Source: Trichoplax sp. H2
Lineage: Eukaryota
Reading direction: 5' to 3'
NCBI GenBank assembly: GCA_003344405.1
Contig: NOWV01000019.1
Location: forward strand, 682,001 to 746,000
Length of the DNA stretch: 64,000 nt
Below are positions 48,101 to 60,100 of the stretch, piece after piece; within the stretch, counting starts at the first letter, position 1; the number at the start of each line of letters is the position of its first letter. The notes under the pieces are model-generated. The model was given only the letters and a program-made list of their open reading frames with translations, made no database searches and was not told where the DNA came from. A program made the translations under genes and the position numbers.

Positions 48101-51100
48101 TGATAAACTCAGATTCTACATTATAGGAATTTAAACGATAATATCCTTAGCTCCTTACCTCTTCGTTTATTTATATCACTTAAGAATTTGAAAATTCTGT
48201 AAGTATTGAATCATTGATCTTATAAAACAAATACATTAGTTGCTTATGAAATAATCATGCTATTCTATTAGTTTAATCTATCTGAGAGTATTTAGAATCA
48301 TATCTTTAAAGTAAATGATATAGCACCAAATTATATTTCATGAGGATTTTCTCATTACGTTATGATAAATTCAGCAGTAGTTTCAAACTTATCGAAAATT
48401 CTGTATTCTATTTAGAGTATCGCATTTTAAGAAAAATATGGCAATGGCCAATAAAGAATCTGACTATTAGCCAGTAGTTCTAGTCTGCAAAAACTACATA
48501 AAATACGTCATGATAAAATTAATAGCAGGCCTTATCCTATAAATATAAGAATTTATGGCAATACTGAAGTAGCTTTGACAATTTTTATTCATTAGCTGAA
48601 CAATTTTACAGCTTATTATGCTTCATTATTTAAATCTTAGAAAATAAAATTTTCAGCTTAAAAACGATCCAATCATACTATCCTCTTAATAATCAGATCT
48701 TGTCTAGATAAATATAATCTGAATGATTAGTACTTAGTTATATGTAACATCTAAATCAATATTTGTTCTTAATATTAGTCATTTGTCTGGTAATGATCTA
48801 ATTCAAATCAGCCTGCAAGTATTTGGCTCAATTAGCTTACTATCATACTTGTAAGTTACACAATGAATTGAGAAACACATCATTAATACAGTTAGTTATC
48901 GCTTTTTAATACTACTATAAGATACGTGAATATAAATACTGTTCTTAAAATTAAATCATTCTAAACAAATACGTAAATAAACTTGCAAATGAAGGTCAAA
49001 ACTAGAAAATCATTTCAAGTAATATAAACCACGAAATTTACTTTGTATATTAGTATTCGAATACTTCGAAAGCAAATTTAGCATTAAGAGATTTTATCTG
49101 TAATAAATCTCTGATAGATAGCTTTTAGTATAACTATTTAGGATAAAAGCTGATGTTCAATTAAATCTACCGGGTATGCATCTGAATTCTCGTACATTAA
49201 TTTAGAGATCTATCTGGAAATGGACTGACTACCGTAAAGTCATCCGGAATGGAAGATACGTCAGATTTATTTAAAAATCTAGAAAAAATGTGGGTAAATC
49301 GATGATGGTACCTAGCGCAAGTGTATTAATCAAAACTGCTTAATTTTATTTTGACCATTGTTTGACAGCTATTGTTCATGACTATTTAATTTAAATCAGT
49401 AATTTAAGTGTGAACAAACTAAAACCTTCAACGTTGATGCTGTTGCATTTCAACAATTTACGTCATCTGAGGGAAATGTTAGTAACAAAGAAGATTTTCT
49501 TAATCAAATATATCGATTTAACTAAAAAAAAATTACCATCAAATTGTTAGAATAAAAGCATTTCAAATTGATTCAAAGCATATAAAGTTATCGAGTTCTC
49601 TTATTATTAGAGCATATGAAAAAAATGGTCTTCAAAGCATTGATGATTTATCTGGATTTATCTATCTTCGACGTTTGTTAGTAGTTGAATCAATTAATCT
49701 TGCCATATCATTTTCTAGAGTCCTTACACAGTTATCATGAATATCTTTCAACATTATCAAGGAACATGAATATTATAATATCCTATTTAGGTCATTCAGG
49801 AATAACTATTTAACCAAATTCCGTCCGAAATTTACTGAAAAATTATCTAAATTGCAATTACTGTATGTATAACTTGAGACAGCTGTATATTTTGATAGCA
49901 ACGATTTGCAATATTTTAAATGATTAATTTGGTGAAGAGATATTTATGTAAGCGCGCTTATAAATTGGTAGTATATAACAGTTTATTAGTTTCCTTACAT
50001 TTACTACAAATAATTAAAAAACAGCCTATCCATACACTCAAAAAATATTTAATTTTTACTCTAAAAGTACCTAGCAGAATCACAATAGTCCATTTCTGAT
50101 TGCACAGTTTGGCATAGCTGATAGTAGCTGCTTAAGCAATACTAAATAGTGACATTTAAATCTTAATGACACTATAAATAGGCTTCTTTAAGCTTCTCAA
50201 TATTGAATTAGTTTAAAATAAAGGAAATATCTAAAAATTGTAGTATTATAACGATATCATTTCATATTATTTCTTAACGAAATCGGGATATTTTTCAGCA
50301 CGGTTTCGAACTTTTCATAGAACGAAACTAACGAAAATATATATTTAATGATGTAATGTAACTTAGTATTGTGATTGTAGACTGTTAGCCATGTGTAGTA
50401 TAATGTACGGTAGATATTTATCCTAAGAGATATTTGTTAGCTGTAACTATAGACTGTAGTGGTAGAGACTCTATGCTAGAGTACAGATGACTATATACAG
50501 TAAGGTGTTGAGTTACTAATATGGCTATAGGTAAAAATAGAACAGTAAATCATATATTAGGATATGGTTAATTCATTGTACTTTGGCTGGTGTGAATAAT
50601 GTCTACGTAAGTACTGTAGTCGTATCCATATTGGATTAATGATGGTCCGCAGTAGAATAGTCTTACTAAGAATAATTTAACTATGTGTAAAATAAGGTAA
50701 AAGGTTGCCATGCGGATTGTAGCTGCGAATGCTACGAAAAGTATAAAAGCATGCAACTTTAGATTATTCTGTTAGTTCGTTCTAGAAGTCTTTAGTAGTA
50801 GTATTTGGCTAGAGTAGAGCTGTGTGTAGTTGATCTTTGTATAAGATTCAATAAAGCCCTTATTTTTCTAAAATTTGGAATTTCGTGATTGGATATATAA
50901 ATGACTATACTGCTATCGTATTTTTGAATACTTTGGCGAAATGGTTTCGAACTAGTTAGTTTAATGTATTTAACAGGTAGTAGCTGCAATCGATCATTTT
51001 AATTTCTTTAAAAAGATCTTGAATATCTATTGCCTTAGAGATTTGTCATGCAATGGGATAACCAATTTTGATTGGAAGGTGCTTCATTATATGCCTAATT

Positions 51101-54100
51101 TGAAACAAGTGTAAGCAAAAACAGATCGATCAATTTTAAATCCTAAAGACTGCATGAGTATCTCCTTGTACGGGTATCCGTAATAGTAGCTTAATACTTA
51201 TAATGCTTACGATATGATTCTAAAATTAACCTGTATTATAACTGTAAACTTACCGAAATATTTAAAACGTGTTAGCAATTTAGAATTTAACTATTTAATA
51301 AAGCTCCATCGAGACTTCAAAGTTGAAGAGTTCCGGTTACAGATACTGTAAGGAAACCATATTCCATGCTAATGCCTTAGAAATTAAATACTGTATGTTC
51401 AATTCGATTATTAACAGAACATTTAAATCATACTACTATCATCGACCAAATTTTAACCCATACAGCTCAATCAAAGCCAACTACATTACCGAAATCGAAG
51501 ATAATTTCTTTTCTATATTCGTTGGCCTAAAAACTCTGTAAATACGTATTGATAAATCAATATTTCGGTGACTATAAATTTATATAACTATAAAATACTT
51601 TTTATCCTGTTAAATACCAATTTGATACTATTTGCAACTGTTTCACGCTACAAATACTGGACATTAGTGTCACAAAACAGCTTTGCAACAAGATGACACA
51701 ATATACGATCAAAAAGTCAATTCCTTGAACCACGTATCAAGGAACGATATCTGCACTATCACAAAGACTTTTGCTCTACTAGCAGACTACACAAGGACTT
51801 AAACGCCTCGTATTTTACGTTAAACACTAAGTTGGAGAATTCTCTTTATTTCACGATATACTGCATTTATATACTACTTCTCAATAGTTCATGAGTCACA
51901 TTTAATACAATTAACATTGGAATCATTTACTGGATTAGATATTAATTTTAGCTNNNNNNNNNNNNNNNNNNNNTAAAAACTCTGTAAATACGTATTGATA
52001 AATCAATTTTTCTGTGACTATAAATTTATATAACTATAAAATACTTTATATCCTGTTAAATACTAATTTGATACTATTTGCAACTGTTTCACGCTACAAA
52101 TACTGGACATTAGATATCAGTGAGAATTTGCTTGCATACGAAATTTAAATTCATGCTACTAGGCTAGAATCATGTCTTAAATACAGGAGCTTTGTGCGAA
52201 AAGGCTTGTTTTCTGTAATGTCTATTTAAGACCACTCAGCTGACTTTAGCGTCACAATTAATTATAGAAAGTTACAAATAACCTACTGCAAATAAGCCAT
52301 GCTTCCTGCTAAGACTCGTTGCCAAGTACGATAGATACTTAGCAAAAATTGAAATGTAGATATCATTAGAACCTATTACGGATCAAATCTACAACCGTTC
52401 TTACAGATTATATTTAAAATTCAACGATCTTAGAAGAGCGGTACATTAAACAATGAAATAATGGATATAGTTATAATTTGTATATATTTTACACTATAGT
52501 ATTCTAGCTCCTTTATCTACACGTAAATAACACTCATTCAAATCTTTGATCTGGAAATATAGTTAATGAAATATATGGTAGTAAACCCCAGATGTGTACA
52601 GGGAGCTACTACTGATATAAAACTAATCGAAACTAACCTTTAAATTTCCAGTGATCTAAGTGCTAATCGTATCAAGGTCTTACCAGGATACCTATGTAAT
52701 GACACGCTACTTTCAAAGCTGTAAGGTTGAATGTGGTAATGCGATAAGATCTATCATTAATTAATTACATTGTGGTTAAATTATATTGTTAGCGACCTCA
52801 GCCGTAACAGAATTGGACGAATAAAGCCGTCAGTTTTATCAGAATGCTATCTGGTGGTATCACTGTAAGTAATTCTTAACGATAACATTTATAATATAGA
52901 AATAGTAAAACGGTAAAAACAATAATAATTCTAATGACAATTATTTCTCAGTTAACTTTCTCCACGTAATATAGATATCACGACAAAATTAATGATACCT
53001 AATGCTAACAAACGAAACCTTTGTATATTAATTTTTGCTCGTCTTAAGATCAGATTATCTGATTAAGCTTAGCTATTCTTTCCGTGATGAAATAACGATA
53101 TTGTGTGTTTGAGTCTCTGCTTGCAGATGTTGTAACTTAGATTAAGCAAAGTGTAAGTTGATGACGAAACTCAATGCAAAAGATTTAGTTTCTTTTCGTA
53201 ACTTACTTAATAATACTTATCAAATAACAGTATTGGCCAGTACTAAACAATTGGTAATGCAATAGCAGCGAATTAAGCTATGCAAAATTGTGCACATATT
53301 TATGCATATTTCATCTCTGCATTGTATGTACTATGTTTCATACTTATAATATATTTCTTTTTCTTTTGTGTCTTCATCTGTATTTAGAAATTTGACAGAA
53401 AATCAAATACATCTGTTAGCAAGTAACACATTCAGAAACATGATCTCCTTGAAATATCTGTAGGATAAGAGTTTAATAAATGTTGTCTGAAATGAGCAGT
53501 AATTTTAAAAACTTAAAGAAAAAATAGATCATCATCACATATCGCTAGTACTCCAAATATTTATAGACGCAATAGCAATAATGGACGTGCAATTATTGAA
53601 CTAGTAATGGTTAAAATTTCAACTTAAGCTCGGTTAGGAAAAACTAAATTATTGAAGCAGTACCAGTAAATTTCAAAAAAAATCTGAAGACTTTTAGAAA
53701 GAGCAGAAGTTCTACCTTAATTAAGTAAAACATCAAATAAATAGGACTTAGTCATGATTTTAGAAATTTCCCACTCGTTTCTTGTTAGCTCGTTAATTTG
53801 AATTAACTACTGATCTACATCACCTTTATATGCAGAGCATTTGGTAATACCAGACTATCGACTTATTATTCTTTACTATTCCAATTCAGACTTGACATTA
53901 ATCATATGATATTGTAAATTTTACTCTAGATTCTAAAACTAATATATTATTAGCAATAATCATAATTTAATGGCTAGTTATGTCTTTCTACCGTATATAA
54001 CATATAACAAAAAATACCAAGACAAACCGGCAATTTTTGAATTAGAAACTTTATCTACAGATCCAGGTTTAGACTACATTAAAATTTCATTAAAATATAA

Positions 54101-57100
54101 AATGTTGAAGAAGATGTATAAAATTAACGTTTACAACAAAATGTGCTTAAAAAACTATCGTCTAAGAAAATATAACTACGGTGCAAGCATTAGATGCATA
54201 TGTCTCTGTTTCTAGTTTTAGGTTGATTTGTTGTCCGAAATTCTATCAAAATTGAGTTTTAGTACATGAGTATCTTAATTTGCTTTATTTGCAGTCACAT
54301 TAGAGAAACTACAGTACCTTATATATGATCATAACGTTGTTAAATGAGTAAATTGTTATTTCTGAGATAAATATATTAAGTAATGAATAATACCATATTT
54401 CAACCATGATATTTATTACTCTATGTTCTATAATGATAATTTTATCAATGATTTAGATACTTAAACAATAATAAGATCAATCATATCAGCACTCACACTT
54501 TTCCTTTTCCTTCAGCCATACTAATCATGTACGTAAAATTTATCCATGATATCGTAGGTCAAAATTTGTAATTACGGTAGTTACCATTTTGCCAATAGTC
54601 TCCTACTATAATTTGACTACTTAAATTTCTTTATCTAATAGTTACGCTACAAATGATATTAAATTACAATCAGTTCACTAATGCAATTATTTTGTGATTA
54701 GGCACTTAGGAAATAACGGAATTACTAGTATATCTAAGGACACTTTTGCTGGCTCATCCATTTTAAAATCATTGTAAGCAATTGAAGTGTTTTGGCAGCA
54801 TACCAGAAATTTAGCTCACAGACCATCCAATAGAAACAGGACTGAACTTTTTTGAACATCTATAGATATTTAAATAAGAATAATTTGGCTGGCATACCGG
54901 TTGAATTTATCAACAGAAATCCTTACCTTATGATATTGTAAGATATGTATAAAATATGCTTCCGAAAATGACGAGATATGAGTTTGCATATTTACTCCAA
55001 ACCCTAAAATTATTTTCTTAATGGTTGCAAGGACTAAAACGTACCATACTCTATTTCGAAAATCTATCAAACCCTAAAATTGTTTTCTTCATTACAGCTA
55101 GGACTTACAATTTTTTTATCCTATTTCAAAATCATTCTCAGTAGTACACTTACAGTTACAAATACTAATTCTTTGGAGAAAGTCAAATTTAGTGATAGTA
55201 GTATTAAATAGCTGACGATATTGTACCTTAATAAAATAAAAAATATCAATACCAGATAAAAGCTAATTGCTATCATCTATGAAAAGAACATCATGCATAT
55301 AGAATACAGAACAGGATTTCGAGCAATATAAAAATAGTTGCTTTATGCGCTAAACGATATGGTTTAATATCAACGAAAGATTAGCAAAAGCAATATTTTT
55401 GCGAACGTGTTTTTGCATTACGTAATCTTTACCAAACGAAGTCGTATTTAAAATTAAAGAAGAATTTGTAGCAGCTAAAGCTATAGCAAACCAATTCTAA
55501 TGATACAATGAATTTACTGTAGCCTTGCAATAGCTTTAAAAGCGATAATTACTAAGGAAGTTAAAAATCAAGAACTATCTCAACCATAAAATATTAATTA
55601 TTCTACCCCGTGGCTGAACTTTGAAAATCTCTAATTTCTCCACTATCTGTATCCATTAAAGTATTTCTTTCGGTTTTATTACTTATGTTGATTTAGTGAT
55701 ACTTCTATTTTTTATTGATTAAAATATGAACTAGAAATCTGTCTGAAAATAGAATTCAAGAAATCCCTGATCATATCTTCCGAGATCCTATCAATTTGAG
55801 ATACTTGTAAGTCAAAACGTTCGTACGAACGACGCGCAAATCTTTTAGATTAGAAATTTCTCCTAGAATCCTCACCTACGTAATTTCTGCAATATTTAGA
55901 CGGATAATGAATGAATAATTACCTCTAACTCATTAATATGCAATTGTGAGAATTAAGTACTATATCCTATAGAAAGCTTAAATAAAACAAACGATATATA
56001 ATTTTGAGGTTGATATAATATAATTCTAATATTCCGTAAAAATGATCGATTAGCCTGTGTAGTATTTTCACTTATTTACAGTAGCTTGGTATATTGTAAG
56101 TATGAATTAATGCGAAGTAAATACTAAATAACGTAAAATAGTCGGTATGCTATATAAACCGTAAAATTGATAAGATATTAAGCCGTGAAAAATAAACTTA
56201 TGTGGCCTTATCTTACATTAACCTATATCACAGTGAAACATAACTTAGGAATACTTAAGTATCTACCGACTTAAATATTGCTGCTACCTGAAGTAAAATT
56301 CACTTTACTTAGTACAGGAAGATGAAACATTTATAAGCAATTACCTTGTCATTTAAATTGCTCTCGTTCATATTCGTGAATGCATCTAGCTGATATGCTT
56401 CTGCAGATTATTCATCGTAATTTACTATGCAAGATTTCTTCAAGTACAGCATTCGCAACATAACATTTCACTTAAGTAAAAATTTTTATCCACTACTCAT
56501 CAGTAACTTTAGCTGTCTTATTTAGCTATTCTGAATTAGGATATAATCTTGTTGCTTTCAGTGAGCATTAATGGTAGCTACTAAATACGGGAGTTTATAG
56601 CATCCGATCTTAAGTATCAATTCTAGTATGACATTAGCAACAAATCTAGCTTTGCAATTGCGGACTTTGCTATAACTATATATAGCTATGTGAGTGGTAA
56701 AAATTTCACCGTATGAGACTTGCATGTATGCTTTCCTTCAATTAAGAATTGTGAATTTAATAGAATGATCATCGAACTTTCATAACATTGATTAATTATT
56801 AAAGGACTAAAGGTTTAGTAAATGGTTGCGATAATAATATATATCCTACCTACATTGGGTGTGATTTCTATGCTTATTATACTTTTAATACATTAAAATG
56901 GATTTTATTTTATGTATTAGACATTAATGGTATCTTACTTCATAGGTCTTTGGCGTATAATGGAATAAAATCATTTAAAATTCAAGCATTTCAAGATTTA
57001 AGATCAATTTATTTCTTGTACGGTTAATTACATGATTCTCATATGGGCAATAATTTTCGATTTTTACAATGTTCTAATATTACCGAACAATATATGCCAT

Positions 57101-60100
57101 TCTTGTTTTATTCTAAGTTCGTTAGATGGAAATTACAACATACAAGCGTCAAATTATGCAGTATTGGAACTATTCCCTCATCTACGATATCTGTATGAAT
57201 CCTTACATGATAAGCTATTGAAATTTTCATGATCTCTATAGCTAAATTTTTTAACTCTAATCTTACTGTATTACATGGCTAAATCGAGCTCTATCTGATT
57301 TTAGTATTGCTGTTATAGAATATTATGACTGATATTATGCGGTTGCATAAAATTCCAAGAATTATCATAGCTTATTTATTACTAATGCGTATTTTAATTA
57401 TTCCATGTCTTTATATGTTCTAAAATGACTGTTGATGTTACCAACAATAAGTCAAATACGAGAGTGCAGGTTAAACAGCACAGTTATTATGCAAGAAATC
57501 ATTAGAAGAGCTCCAAACTTGAACACAATGTAGGTTTGATTTTCAGATAATCTTAATATCTAGAAGAAATATATTTGAAAATCTTTTAATTGATATTCAT
57601 CAATGATAGAATCCTCTATGCTATCAATTTAGCTTCATTTACGCAATTTTACCGACGTTGTCATTCCAAGACTTAATCTAAAATAATATTTTTGGAGAAT
57701 AAAATTGATTTTAGTGGTCAATAATATAATCGTTAACTACTGTATTTCATATTGCTACAATTACTGCATTGCCTTTACTACTCCAGTATTATCACCTTCG
57801 AAATATTCTAGTGCATAATCTCTATGTAATCTAATAGATGAACCTACGTATTCTATTCGATCCCAGCCCTACAGCACAGCAGCGAATCCTACAAAGGACA
57901 ATCAGAAAAGCGAATAACCTATGTTGGGCGATATGCGCCAATTTAAATTAGTTACTACTATTATAGCAAGTACAGTTTTCTCAAAGTTTATGCAAACCCT
58001 ATAAAATGTTTACCAGAAGAACTATAATTCATTATTTTTTTAATTTTCAAACGGTTTCTATAAATTATCCATTTAAATCTTTGATCTAAAATTAGAAAAT
58101 TTACGTAGGTTTCGGTCCTTGATATCGATGTTAATTCTTTTAACCGTGAAATAAACTGTTTAGTAATTGAGCAAGTTTAAATTTAGGAATTAATCTAATT
58201 TGATCACATTACCATTACCGTAAAAAAGTTACATTAGAATTCTGGAGTAAACATCGTCCGTTTTAAATAAATTAATTTCACCGTTAAGGCTTTAGTTAAG
58301 CTTCTAAATTAATTACAAGAAATTAGGTTATTTCATGTCAGCAATATTATTTGGTTATAATAATTTAAAAGTTATCTCGTTCGTAGACTTTTAGATGGCA
58401 ATAATCTTACTGGTACTCCTTTACATATACTTAAGATGCTACCCAAACTCGAACAGATGTGAGTCTTCCATCTAAATATCTAATAATTACATCTTCATAC
58501 TGTAGCCATGCTGATTTCCTTCTTGAACATTGCCTAGCAGTAGCTTAAGCTACACAAATGTTACGCTTAAAGAAGTGGTTGCTATTCTATCAGAGAATTG
58601 GTATTCTGCCATGTATGTAAAACTGACGTACTATACATAACATAGTATATATAAAAGTCAAATACTCAAAGATGGGAATAAGGAAATTTCCTACTATTGG
58701 AAAAGATACTAATGGATGATTATACGTTTCTATCTAAACATTGTAGATCTCTGAAAGGTCTCAAACTTCGTAAGATGCCAGTAATCGTAATAGAATCGAT
58801 TCCATTTTTAGGAACTATGTACGAGTAAAGAAAAATTCGAAAACTTTAAACTGGCTATCACGTATAATACACGTATACCTAAAACTTGTTAATTTTTCTC
58901 TACATTTAGCAGTCTTTTTATCTTCTAATTTTTATAGGATGCTTGATAATAATGAAATTGACGAAGTACATATGTCAGATTTATCAGCTTTCAATTATCT
59001 GAAATTCTTGTGAGCAATTCGACTAATCTATATTTTGCTACTAAGTTTGAAGGATATAATAAATGACGCTAAATCGGTTAATTATATTATTCGCTAAGTA
59101 AATCCTAAAAAGTTTAGTTTTTTAGTCTATATTGTTGAGTAAATTAATCATTAAAAGATAAAATTTTATTTTAAAAATATGTTGTACTAATTTAATGAAA
59201 ATCTAATTTTGCAGATTTCTCTCCAACAATAGATTAAAAGATTGGGATTACAACACTTTAATCAGACTACCAAATGTTGCAACTTTGTAAGTGTTTCAAG
59301 CTTAACATAATAATAAAAAAAAGGAAGATTGACTATCATTTTACGACAATTTATTTTAATAGTTCCTAATTACTTTAAAGAATTATTTTCCTTCAACTGT
59401 AATATCTGACCTAAAATTTACTGCTACAATCATTACTGAGTAATTTTTCGGCTTGCGTATTAAAGGAACAGTGCAGTATATTTATGATGATACAGTTACT
59501 TCAATAGATTTTTTTCAGTATTTAATATTTATTTAATGTTAATAAATATTTACTAATAACACTGTGAACTAGCGATATTCAGCGCGGTAAGTTTACTCCT
59601 AGCGCTGTATAGGCATTCATTGCACAAAATATACTGTAGCAATGATATCTTAAATTCTTAAGCATTTGCAATCCGAGAATGAAGCAGTTAATATCATAAT
59701 CAATTTGATTGCTGTTGCAGAGATTTGTCGCACAATCAAATATATGATATTTGTAATCGTACTAAGCCAAACGTTTCCTTGCGGGTTTTGTAAGTGTACC
59801 AATTAATTTAATTTGATGTCTATACAATTAAAGTTAATCTTGCTTCATTTATGTTTTGCTACCAATAATGTCAGTAAAATCAGTCTATTCAAATATAATA
59901 AGACGGACACATTAAGCCGATATCACTGTATTGAGGTTACCTAGAAGTTGATTGGCCTAACTATGCTTAAGTTCTCAAAAATAGCTTTGACGCGATAATG
60001 CATCCTGTAATGATTTCAGCTAATTTTAGTAGTACAGTAGGTGGCAAATAGAATGAGGTAGTGTACTTGTACTGTTTCTAGAATAAGACTGGGATTGTCC

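Noticed and set aside
53900-54215. Possible extra LRR exon or ORF 53970-54215 in an LGR intron
   Set aside because: The candidate acceptors lead to stops or non-LRR sequence, so it was not counted among the 51 repeats.
54995-55130. Two diverged ~70-bp copies beginning AAACCCTAAAATT
   Set aside because: A small local intronic duplication; not a telomeric array and no evident significance.
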